Below are positions 36,472 through 48,300 of a DNA stretch of 64,000 bases, piece by piece. The stretch comes from Squalus acanthias. Taxonomy: Eukaryota. The notes beneath the pieces were generated by a model. That model ran no database searches. It worked only from the letters and a program-made list of their open reading frames with translations, and had not been told where the DNA came from. The translations under genes and the position numbers were made by a program. The stretch lies in NCBI GenBank assembly GCA_030390025.1, contig CM059425.1:167650001-167714000 (forward strand), given 5' to 3'. Positions within the stretch are counted from its first letter, which is position 1; each line of letters opens with the position of its first letter.

Positions 36472-37387
36472 GGGGGAGAAATTGAGTGTCGCCCTGTTTG
36501 AGGCGCTAACTTTTAAAAGTTGAAAAAATTAGCGCCAGGCGCTAATATTTTTCAACTTTTAAAAAATTTGGATTTTGCACTCCAGGAAGGAAGTGGACAT
36601 TAAATCAAGCGCTCCACTTCCTTCCTGGAGCACAACAGGCAGCAGGCGGGGCGGTAGGTGAGCAGCGCTGCACACTGGGCCGTGCAGCGCTGTCGTGTTG
36701 GAAGGCTCCTTCCCTCCCTTAAAGTACCTGAAGAAGGAGCAGAGCTCCGAAAGCTTGTAATTTCAAATAAAACTGTTGGACTATAACCTGGTGTTGTGCG
36801 ACTTCTCACTTTTGTCCACCCCAGTCCAACACCGGCATCTCCGCATCATGTCCCTTAAAGGGAAGGGCCATCGCTGCAGGCTCTGCAAGGGGAAACCTTA
36901 CCTGGTTCCCAACAGCAGCTGCGATCCGGCCCGATCAGCCCGATGCACTGCAGCAGAGTGCCGGGCTGATTGATCGCTGGTGAAGACAAGGGGAAAAAAA
37001 AGAGAAAGAGCATTTCAGAATTTTCTTTACTTACCTCGGCCACCTCGCCTTTAAGTATCACCCCCTGAAGCGCCCGGCCTCCCGAAGAACACCTCCTGCA
37101 GCTGCCGGTGTTTTTGCCCGGAGATGCTGCAGGGGGCAGAACCAAAGTTCGGGTCCGGGGCGCTACTGGGGCACTACCGGGGCGATGCGCACGGCGATGA
37201 CGTCACGATCTCCAGGCAAAGGAGTTTGGGGTGCAACGCCATACCGCTGCTGCAAAACTCCCGCCAAATATAGTGGGAGTCGATCTTCTCACTGCGCCCG
37301 GTCAGTAAGTGCTTAGCATCCCGTTAGCGCCCGCCCCCCCACCCCGGAGGTGCTAACAGGAGGTGCTAAGGTGCCCAATTTCTCCCC
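36472..37387. mobile_element. GC-rich Harbinger-type MITE (copy 2), interrupted by a solo PLE module
   Basis: TIR GGGG(G)AGAAATTG / CAATTTCTCCCC; AGCGCC repeats. Confidence 0.85.
36725..36850 (+). mobile_element. Solo 126-bp PLE A terminal module starting at the hammerhead motif (36725-36759)
   Basis: UAC-CUGAAGA-A-GGAGC(AGA)GCUCC-GAAA-GC-UU-GUA through tail CATCATG; TSD TCCCTTAAAG (36715-36724, 36851-36860). Confidence 0.95.
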
Positions 37388-37689
37388 AAGAGTCTTAAAA
37401 GTCGGGCCTACCTTTATCTCCGGCCGCTTCTCTCGCTCTCTTAAAATCTTTATTCACACGATTATTTATAGTTATATTAATTAGTTTATCTAGTTACATT
37501 AGAGAGAATATTAATTGTAAATTTGCTAAATATAAACTTCATACTGATAGCATATTGCAAGTTTGCTGAAATAATGAAAGTCACTGCACTGCACAAGTAA
37601 CTAATTAAGTGAGGCACTTTAAGGTGTCTATTTTTTCTCTTCCTGTCTGAGACTTGTGCGTCCACCTCTGATATGTAAAATAAGCACAT

Positions 37690-40600
37690 TGAAGGAACAG
37701 ATATGTAGGCAAATCTCAGAGAAGTGTAGAAATAATAGGGTAATAATAGTTGGGGATTTCAACTTCCCCAATATTAACTGGGATAGTCAGAGTGTGAAAG
37801 GCTTAGAGGGTGCAGAATTCTTAAAGTGCATCCAGGAGAGCTTTTTGAGCCAGCATGTAGAAAGTCCTGCAAGAGAGGGGGCGGTACTGGACCTAATTCT
37901 AGGGCATGTAGCTGGGCAAGTTAGTAGAAGTGTCAGTAGGAGAGCATTTTGGTGACGGTGACCATAATTCGGTGAGATTTAAGGTAGTCATGGAAAAGGA
38001 CAAAGATAGACCAAAAATAAAGGTTCTAAATTGGGGGAAGGCTGATTTTAATATAATAAGGCAGGATCTGGCCAAAGTGGACTGGGATCAGCTACCTGTA
38101 GGAAAATCCACATCAGAGCAGTGGGAGTCATTCAGAAAGGAAATAGAGAGAGTACAACGCCAACATGTTCCCGTAAAGGTCAAGGGTGGGACCAACAAGC
38201 CCAGGGAACCCTGGATGTCAAGGGATATACGAGAATGGATTAGGAAAAAAAGGGTGTCTTTTGGCAGATACAACGGACTAAAAACAGTGGAAGCCCTAGA
38301 GGAGTATAGAAAGTGCAGGGGGGTAATTAAAAAAAGAAATTAGGAGAGCGAAGAGGGGCATGAAAAAACACTGGTGGGCAAAATAAAGGAAAATCCCAAG
38401 GTGTTTTATAAGTACATTAAGGGCAAGAGGATAACCAGGGAAAGAGTAGGGCCCATTAGGGACCAAAGTGGCAATCTGTGTGTAGAGCCGGAAGATGTGG
38501 GTGAGGTTTTAAATTAATATTTTGCATCTGTGTTCACTATGCAGAAGGACGATGTAGGCATAGAAATCAGGCAGGGGGATTGTGATATACTTGAACAAAT
38601 TAGTATTGAGAGGGAGGAGGTACTAACGGTTTTAGCGGGCTTAAAAGTGGATAAATCCCCAGGCCCAGACGAGATGTATCCCAGGCTGCTGTGTGAGGCA
38701 AGGGAGGAGATTGCAGGGGCTCTGACACAAATTTTCAGATCCTCTCTGGCCACAGGGGAGGTGCCAGAGGACTGGAGGACAGCTAACGTAGTACCATTAG
38801 TCAAGAAGGGTAGTAGGGATAAACCAGGGAATCACAGGCCAGTGAGCCTAACATCAGTGGTAGGGAAATTATTGGAAAAAATTCTGAGGGACAGAATTAG
38901 TCTCCACTTGGAGAGGCAAGGATTAATCAAGGATAGTCAGCATGGCTTTGTCAGGTGGAGATCATGTCAAACCAATTTGATTGAATTTTTCGAGGGGGTG
39001 ACTAGGTGCGTGGATGAAGGTAGTGCAGTTGATGTAGTCTACATGGACTACAGTAAGGCTTTTGACAAAGTCCCGCATGGGAGACTGGTCAAGAAGGTAA
39101 GAGCCCATGGGATCCAGGACAATTTGGCACATTGGATCCAAAATTGGCTTAGTGGCAGGAGGTGAAGGGATAATTATTAGTCCTAGCCCCTTTTGGGCTA
39201 CCCCGGATCAGGCGTATTCCCCAGACGTTCACCTTCAACTAAAGTTAGAGGTAGCCGAATCCTAAAGACGCTTAATTGGGTCTAAAGGTCCAGACTATCT
39301 CTCCCGAAAGGAAAGGAACAGCCTGAAGATGTTACCGTCCTCCAGATAGCACTTTTAATAAGTTTAGCTAGATTGTAACATTCCGGATATTATGAAGGTC
39401 CGGAAAACTCCCCCAGAATTCTGCAACTCCTCACCAAGGAGCGTACAGAGATTGAGTTCACGAGTTTGATACAGAAGTACTATTTGAGACAATTCTAAAA
39501 ATATATAGATTTATTAAAGAACCGACATGTAATTTACAGTTGGTGATTCAATTGCAACATTAACAGTTCCAAATACAAAAATCTTACAATTCTATTATCA
39601 GAGATCCTTATTCTCAAATCTTAACTTCTCTAGTTTTACAGTTCTTAGTCTATTCCAGAATATCCACCAAAATCAAATACCTTTGATACCCGGGACTCAA
39701 AGAGTTGTAGACTTACAGAGCCTGCATCTGAAGCCGAGAATTGCTTTGCCCCTTTACAGCGAATCTATCTTCCCATTTGAAAGTCCAATTTTTATACCCT
39801 TTCTCAGTGGTATTTCCTTTGAAGTTTTCTGCCGATGTAAGCTAATTATCTCTAATCATTTTTCTGTTGACCCCTGCTATTCTTACAGTCAGTTCAGCTG
39901 GTAGCAAGCAGACTTGTGTCTCTCCTTTAGGTGTTTCAAGTTCAACACAAAAACAATGTGACAGGTGGTGCCTCCCCCACTTGATGCCATTCTTACCAAG
40001 GTCTTCTGTTTGTATCTTTTTACGACGTGTAAATTAAAAACACCTCAACCGGGTGCACCATTGTCTTCTTAGTTACCTCAACTGGTTGTATTACAGACTC
40101 GTGTCTCCGTGTTTCATTTGATGTCATTTTTACGAAGGCATATGTTTCTTTAATTTTCTATGTTTCATTTGAAAATGTTGGTTTAAGACACCTTAACAGG
40201 GTATACCACTGTGTTCTTTCCAAGGCTTCAGACTTTCAGGAACCTCCAACTTTCTGTTCCAACAAGGCTATTGATTCAGTGTCAATAACTTATCTTATCT
40301 CAACAGCCTGTATGCTGTTCACAGCTTTAGATTGTTGAGGCTTCCAGATTTTCAAGCCTAGTTTGTCATGTTTTAATAAAGTCAGAATTATTTTATAGAA
40401 CGGTGTATTTTTCTGAATAGGTATATTGCTTATTCCTTCACAGAGGCAGAGGGTGATGGTCAAAGGTTGTTTTTGTGACTGGAAGCCTGTGTCCAGTGGT
40501 GTACCACAGGGATCGGTGCTGGGTCCTTTGCTGTTTGTAGTGTACATTAATGATTTAGATATGAATGTAGGAGGTATGATCAGTAAGTTCGCAGATGACA

Positions 40601-41490
40601 CGAAAATTGGTGGAGTGGTAAATAGCGAGGAGGGAAGCCTCAGGTTACAGGACGATATAGATGGGTTGGTCAGATGGGCAGAACAGTGGCAAATGGAATT
40701 TAACCCTGAAAAGTGTGAGGTGATGCATTTTGGGAGGACTGACAAGGCAAGGGAATACGCAATGAATGGTAGGACCCTAGGAAGGACAGAGGATCAGAGG
40801 GACCTTGGTGTGCATGTGCATAGATCCTTGAAGGCAGCAGGACAGGTAGATAAGGTGGTTAAAAAGGTATATGGGATACTTGCCTTCATTAGCCGAGGCA
40901 TAGAACATAAGAGCAGGGAGGTTATGATGGAGCTGTACAAAACGCTAGGTAGGCCACAGCTGGAATACTGTGTGCAGTTCTGGTCGCCACACTAAAGGAA
41001 GGATGTGATTGCATTGGACAGGGTGCAGAGGAGATTCACCAGGATGTTACCTGGGCTGGAGCGCTGGACAGGCTGGGGTTGTTTTCCTTAGAGCAGAGAA
41101 GGCTGAGGGGGGACCTGATTGAGGTGTACAAAATTATGAGGGGCATAGATAGGGTAGATAGAAAGGAACTTTTCCCCTTAGTAGAGGGGTCAATAACCAG
41201 GGGGCATAGATTCAAGGTAAGGGGCAGGAGGTTTAGAGAGGATTTGAGAAAAAACTTTTTCACCCAGAGGGTGTTTGGAATCTGGAACTCACTGCCTGAA
41301 AGGGTGGTAGAGGCAGGAACCCTCGCAACATTCAAGAAGCATTTAGATGAGCACTTGAAACGCCATAGCATACAAGGCTACGGACCAAGTGCTGGAAAAT
41401 GGGATTAGAATAGACAGGGCTTGATGGCCGGCGTGGACACGATGGGCCGAAGGGCCTCTTTCTGTGCTGTATAACTCTATGACTCTGACT
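37690..41490 (+). mobile_element. CR1 LINE ORF2 and 3' UTR, interrupted by a solo LTR
   Basis: APE/RT fragments; WLSGRR|QRVMV continuity across 39163-40442; (ACTCTATG)-type tail. Confidence 0.93.
39163..40442 (-). mobile_element. Solo LTR (1280 bp) of an ERV or LTR retrotransposon
   Basis: Minus strand reads TGTGAAGG...CCTTCA with imperfect terminal IR; 4-bp TSD GAGG (39159, 40443); TATAAA at 39791-39796 upstream of AATAAA at 39510-39515 on the minus strand. Confidence 0.85.
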
Positions 41491-41845
41491 CTAAGTCTGG
41501 AGACTGCCTCATATTCTGTAAGCAAAGTGCAGCACATTTCTTTTTGTGTCGGACATACTTCCCTAAAAGGAGCAGTGAGGGTGAAGACAAGGGATTAAAG
41601 GCATTGGTAAGCTAAGGACTATAATGTTGTTAGAACTCTCAAGTTATAAGAGCCGGAATGATTAAGACTGTGGGAGATTAAAGTGTATCTAAAAGGAAGA
41701 AAGGCCCAGGTAGGACTTTTCAGGTGACTGAAAATGTTCTGGGTTACAGACGGTAGCCTGAAGTTATCCAATGAGCACAGGGATTGGGATTGGGGGTTGC
41801 TGCAGGGAGAGCATGAATCGAAATGCGCAACTTCCACTACTTAGA

Positions 41846-42116
41846 AAGACAAGGGCAGCAGGATCATGGCAACACCATCACCTCCAAGTTCCCCTCAAAG
41901 TCACACACCATCCCGACTTGGACATACAGCGCTGTTCCTTCATGGTTGCTTGGTCAAAATCCTGGAACTCCCTACCTAACAACACTTTGGGAGTACCGTC
42001 ACCACACAGACTGCAGCGGTTTAAAGAAGGAGGCTCACCACCACCTTCACAAGGGCAACTAGGGATGGGCAATAAATGCTGGCCTTGCTCGTGATGCCCA
42101 TATCCCATGAATGAAT
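41846..42116 (+). mobile_element. 3' end of a non-LTR retrotransposon (probably the family at 48310-51062)
   Basis: SKSWNSLPN C-terminal motif, AATAAA and (ATGA)n tail; a related minus-strand piece lies near 12780-12905. Confidence 0.65.
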
Positions 42117-42159
42117 TAACAACCTTGTATTATTTTTCTTACACCAGGTTTTTACAAAT

Positions 42160-43556
42160 GGGCCTGGAATTTGTGGGGCTGATGACGGCATACACTCTGC
42201 TCGGAATGGCCGTGCAAGTTCCGGGTTTCCACAAGCGATATGCATGCGTAAAAACCCGGAACTTGCGATCTGTCAAGTTTCTCCTTGACAGATCATCCAC
42301 TGCTCCCCAAAAACACTTTTGCTGGCAGAGTTACGCTATTTGCCCAACTACTGCCCAGCAAATGCCCACGAAACCCTTATTCCTGGTAAAAGCATAAGGC
42401 CTGCTTTTACCAGCGTAAGGGTTAAAATAAATGTTAAATTAAAATGTTTTAAATGTTTAAAACACACAAAAATATTTAAAATTAGTTCATGTAAATTTGG
42501 GGCCGGAATAAAATGTTTTTATTATTTTTCAAAAAATTACATTTTTATTTTAAATGCTTAATCAAAGGGACTTTTAATTAATTTTTATTAGAATTGGGTT
42601 TTATTTGGGGATTTCTCATAAGCTGATGGGGATTCCGTTCAATCTCCATAAGCTTATGAGGAATCCCCCTTTCTAATGAGTTGGCCTGGTCCACGTCATC
42701 CCAAGGACGCTTCTGAACACCAGGGGGCTAGAAATTCGCCTCCTTTGCGTCTCCTGCTAGCGCCTCCGAGGGGGCGATAACGGGGCATTAACGACTTACC
42801 GCCCGGGCGTGCCGATAGTACCGCTGCCCATGAAATTCACCTGGAGGTTTGCGGCGGCGGTAACCCCTAGCGCCACACTCCTGTGCCCGGAGATCGTGAC
42901 GTCATCCAGCTGCACAGCACCCCGGTAGCGGCCCGGACCCGAAATTCGGTTCCACCCCCTGTAGCATCGCCGGGCAACACCAACAGCTGCAGGAGGCGTT
43001 GTTCCGGAGGCCGGGCGCTTTGGGAGCGGTAATTAAAGGTAATGCCACTGGTCTGCTGAAAAAATTTGTTTCCATCCCTTAGGTTGCCGTTTGAAAATTT
43101 TTAACTGACACGATTGATCAGCCCTGCACTCTGTTAGAGTGCTTGGGGCTGATCGTCGCGGATCCCAGCTGCCATCAGCAACGAGGGAGATCGTTAAAAT
43201 GCAGAGCCTGCAACAATGGCCCTTCCCTTTAAAGGAGGGAAGGAGACTCGGATCCCGGCAGCGCTGCAGTGGTCATTGTGCAGCGCTGCACCTCTACCGC
43301 TCCTCCTGCATGGTTTAGCGCTCCAGAAGGGAAGTGATAGCACTTGATTTAGCGCTCCACTGCCTTCCTGGAGCGCTAACACCCAATTTAGAGAAAGCTG
43401 AGAATCATTAGCTCCTGCCGCTAATTTTTCCAGCTTTCAAAATTTAGCGCCCCAGAGGGGCTGATACCGAATTTCTCCCCCCAAGTACTTTTGGATTTGT
43501 TTTTTCGGGTCGGAGGCATGTTCTTCTGGTACACCTCTGACCGCAAATTCGGGGCC
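42160..43556. mobile_element. Harbinger-type MITE related to 4658-5385, hosting a nested MITE
   Basis: TIR GGCCTGGAATTTG / CAAATTCGGGGCC; shares the CCTGGTAAAAGC...GCTTTTACCAG hairpin. Confidence 0.75.
42723..43480. mobile_element. GC-rich Harbinger-type MITE (copy 3)
   Basis: GGGGG..AGAAATTCG / CGAATTTCTCCCC; probable TSD CCA; opposite orientation to 36472-37387. Confidence 0.85.
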
Positions 43557-45872
43557 AGGATCTTTCTTATGGTATGTTTGATGTAGTGAACCAGGAGTCC
43601 TTCATGACTGCATACACCTTACATGAACATATACAGCTACAATTAGCAAAGTCCAATTGTACTTCTCTGTAGAAGGCTCCAAGTAACACCCCTCTGCCTT
43701 TTGACCGCTTCCACTCCCATGATGCGTCACAGAGGGGACACTAGAAATTTCTATTTGATGTTCCATGCCATTGTAAAAATCTAAAACTGATTCCCAAACC
43801 TTATATAAAAATGGAGTCCTGGATTTGTAAATTATAAATCAGGTGTTACAGCAGAATTCAACCTAAAAATAGCAGAGTAGGTGACAATAGTTTTTTTTTA
43901 TATATAGTAACTTTATTAGGAGACTTTGCTGTGAGCAGAAGATTCACTATTGTCTGTGACAATCAGATTTGCTATTAAGTTTCTTCCAAGCCTGGCAAAG
44001 AATTAGCTGTAAATAATTCTGGTCACGTTGAGCAACTATTTTGTAATCACTTAATTTATCACCTTCTTTTGAAAGAACTTGCAAAACAAAAGCATATGAC
44101 ATATTCTTCCCATTTGGCTCTCAGGCCTACTTGCTTTTTCTTGTTCAAAATTACTGCCACGCTAATATCTACACTATTTTGATATTTATTTGCTCAGTCT
44201 TGCGCTACAATGCTGGACATGTAAGGATATCAAATTTAAACTGCATCATTTTAATGATTTTAGCTACATCCCCATGATGCCTATCCAGAGTTCGCTCCAG
44301 GGGTCATCCTAATTAAAGTTATATTCCTGTGCCCAAGAGTCTTTTGATTAATGCTGTAGTGCCCAACTGGTCATATTACTGGAGGGTAAAAGCATGGAGC
44401 TGTGCATGCACGTGGCTGAAATATGCATTAAAGAATTCCTATGTGAAATATCGAAGCAACCTGAAAAATAAAGTAGTAAACATAAGTTATCACTACTAGC
44501 TGTGTAGATGTTATAAACATCTTTAAAGAAATCAAGGTTACAATATAAGTTCAAGCCTCCCTTTATCAATTCCAAGCAAACACCTTTAATAGGTGTGCAG
44601 CTTCTAACATATTTTTAATTTACAAGCGTTAAAATTGACAGTAAAAAGCTGGTTCGTGATTTTTCAATACAAATACTTAAAATCTTGCCAACAATTTGCA
44701 TCAGCATGAATGATTCATGGCTGTTTCTCGGGTATCTCATCTTGGTGTGTATGGGCCTAGAGTTTCCTCTGTGGGCACAACCCGAAAGTTAGACCCGAAA
44801 TTGTGCCAGACATTGTGCACATTTTTGCCAATGTCAAGTTATGCCCACGTACCCTCGGAATCTCATTAGGATACCCCAGAACGGTGCCCAATGTGCTGAA
44901 ATTAGACAAAACAAGGAAAATGCTGAACCCACACCATATATTTCTTCTGAAAGTGTGAAAATTTCTTTCAGCTCATTTAAACATCACTTATGCACATCAG
45001 GCACAGCATGTTTAAGAACCTGCAAATGGGGAAGCTTTCAATTTTTAACATGACTTATACTTGTGCCATAAAAATGAAACAGGAAAAGCAGAGGAGGTCT
45101 CACTGAGGATAATTTGTATAAAACGCTCAAAAAATTTGCAAAAAAACACCAGAAGAATTACTTTCTTTCCTGCTGAGCCTGAAAATCTAATCAAAATATG
45201 AAGAGACTCTCCAAACAAGCACAACTGGAGGATACTGGCATGTGAGAGTTGGGGGCGTGGCCAGTTTTGTGGACAGAGATTTGTTCCGGTGGAGGGTTTG
45301 ATGATGGATGCAAATACGGATAAACTTCAGGCTATTATTCTTTTCTGGTGGCCACACGAAGGATGAATATTTGAGGAGGCGCAGTAAGTTGTGTGGATGT
45401 GAAAAGGAAGTCGCCAAGGGCCATGGACAGACTAAGTGAGTGGACAAAATTTTGGCAGATGGAGTTCAATGTGGCGAAGTGTAAGGTAATCTACTTTGGA
45501 TCTGAGAAAGACAAACCAAAATATTTTCTTAATGGGGAAAGATTAGGAGCTGTGGTGGAGCAAAAGGATTTATGTGTCCATGCACGCAAATCACGAAAAG
45601 CTACTGAACAGGTACAAAAAAGTAAGATAAGGCCCGTAAATGGGCGCGGGCAGTGTGAAGTGCGATGTGTCCACATCCGTTCAAAGTGGTGCAGGCATGA
45701 TTGCAGAGCTGATCTCAGCGCTAAACGTGCTGCTGGTTGGCTTAGCGTGCAACAGGGGGGCCAATATCGGGTGCAGTCTACTGGCCAATAAAATTTGGCC
45801 TAGGCTCTCTCCATTACTTAAAGGGAAGGTGCTTTGTTGCAGAAGCACCTCATTGTCAGTGTGGAGAAAACT

Positions 45873-47720
45873 ATGGCTCAACAGGCAAGAGAGAGGGCGA
45901 GGAATTTTTCAAATGCGGCACTGGAGGCCTTGGTCCTTGGGGTTCAAAGATGATGTCAGGTCCTCTACCTGCAGGGGGGCAGGAGGCCTTCCAAGCAGAA
46001 TGCCAGAAGGATGTGGGAGGAGATAGTTCAAGATGTCAGTGTGAAGACTGTTGACCCCAGGACCTGGATCCAGTGCTGTAAAAAGTTTAATGACCTCACA
46101 CGAGTGGTCAAGGTGAGTGAATGCATCTTCAAATGCCATATCCCACCATCTGCACCACTAGCCTCACACACTGCTCAATGCACCACACCCCCTTCACTCA
46201 CCCACCGACAATCTCTAGCAATCACCACTCATACCTCACAATCATAGCTTCGCTTCACCCTCACACACTTACCACTGCTGCAAGACTCACACCCACATCT
46301 CACACCTTGCACGCACTGCCAGCTATTCAACCATGGCAGGCAGATCACCCAAACCCATTGCGCCACACTCACTGACACACTTCCCTTTCTCTTGCAGGCA
46401 AAGGTGGCTCATAACGGCCGGGAGTGGCAGCCGACGGGCGGAGGGGAAGCCTGACTGCAGAACCTCACAGAGCTGGAGGAGACAGTGCTGGAGATCATTG
46501 GCAGGGTCGTCATTGAAGCCGAGGCGAGCTGCGAAGTTGAAAGAATTGCTGATGATGACGGTATGCTCATACCTAGTCCTATTCACATCCCACTTCCCCC
46601 TCATCCCACAATCTCACTTACAAGCTGCTGATGGTGTATGCATGGATATCTTGCTTTCTTCCCCTCAACTCACCACAATATGACCCTTACCCTTTCTCCT
46701 TTCAGAGATCCAAGAAGTCCCACCACCCCAGCCTATCCCTGAAGTAATGGAAGAGGAGAGTGAAGAAGAGGAAGCAGCACCGTCACTTGATCTCACACTT
46801 GCAGGCACAAGCTCAGAAACTGGCACTCCATGGACTTTAGAGGGTCGTATAGAGGCGGGATCTGCACATGGTGAGTCACTGGACACGAGTGGGCTGCAAC
46901 CAGACCAGGGGGAAAGGGCTCGGATTCCAGCTGCCCGGAGGGCGAGCTCGCGCACGAATTCTGCTGCACAGGACTCAGGTGATGACCTTGATGGGGTGAC
47001 TTTCAGAAGAAGGGTGATGGGTATGCACACCGAAATGCTTGGTGCAATGGCAAGCCAGCCAGAGAACCTGTTGTCAGTGTCAAGGAGCATGGAGGAGTCC
47101 GGCTCCAACATTGCACGGGGCTTTGACAGAGCTTGGAGCCCATGATTTCCAGGATGGAAATGATGGACAACTCCATTAGTGAACTTGTGGCCCCAATCCT
47201 AATGTTGGGTGTGATGGGCGATCTCGCAGGGTCTTAGTGCTGTAGTGGAAGCGCAGACTGCTCTCCTGCTGTCTTAGCTTGCTGCCATGCAGAATCAGAC
47301 TGCTGCCATCGTGGCTGGGTGTGCGAGTGTGGAAAGGGGCTTGCTGGGTGTCACAGCACTCCAGCAATCTGTCCTCCAACTGAAGGCTAGGAATGCTGAG
47401 GCGCGCCACGGGGGTGTGACAGTGGCTCCGTGGAGCATGAACCTGCGGTCCTCTCTCAGGAGGACAGCATTTCTACTCCCACCACTGACACTCCGCCAGT
47501 GCCCTTGCTGCTGCCTGTCATTCAGCCAGCCCAGACTGCTGTCGCCCATGCCGAGGTGGTGCAGTCTACAGCTGGGCCTTACAGGCCCAGAGCTGCTTGA
47601 GGTCATCCTGCAAGACCATCAGCAGTCTCCCCCACTGAAAGTCAGCAGCCTTCCACCAGCAATGCTGCAGCCACTGGGGTAGCACTGTGTAGAAGCACTA
47701 GAGTAGGAAAAGGAACATGA
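45873..47720 (+). pseudogene. Harbinger Myb/SANT-like DNA-binding gene; exons ~45873-46112, 46398-46560, 46706 onward
   Basis: MAQQARERARNFSNAALEAL...WEEI...RTWIQCCKKFNDL|AKVAHN..TGGG; GT-AG introns; in-frame TGA in exon 1 and later frameshifts. Confidence 0.8.
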
Positions 47721-47989
47721 AAGACAGGCACTAAGCAAATGCACAAGGGTGATTAGTTGACTATGGTTATTTTGAATTGGAATTGATAATTTTATAAATT
47801 ATGTTTGGAATGTTTGTTTTGTGGTTTCTCTCATTTCAGCTTTGTGCCCAGGAGGACGCTGTGATGTTCCGTGACAGAGGGATGGTAAGATGGGGAAGTG
47901 GTGAGCAACGGGGATCTGGGGTTTCATTCATTGGAACTGGAGTCTGATGAGGCGCTCGCAGACTGTCTGTCTGGGGTTCTGCTGTCTGC

Positions 47990-48300
47990 CTCCTCCCTTC
48001 CTCCTCCTCCTCCTCCTCCTGAGGTGGTCTCAGAACCCATGGTGGCAAGGGCTGCGCCATCATGATGGCCAAGTTCTGGAGCACCCACTCCAGCATGTAC
48101 TGGAGGGCTCCTCCCGAGCAGACAAGGCAGCTGAACCATTGCTTTAGCATCCCGATGCTCTGCTCGATGAGGTTCCTCATGGCAGCATGGCTTTCATTAT
48201 ATGACTGCTGGCCACGAGTGGTGGGCTTGCGGAGAGGAGTCATCAGCCAGGTGCAAAGCGGATAGCCCTTCTCTCCGAGCAGCCACCCTTGGGTGGTACT
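47990..48300 (-). pseudogene. Harbinger transposase C-terminal remnant
   Basis: [38 protein letters not shown] matches the DDE_Tnp_4-type C-terminus. Confidence 0.85.
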
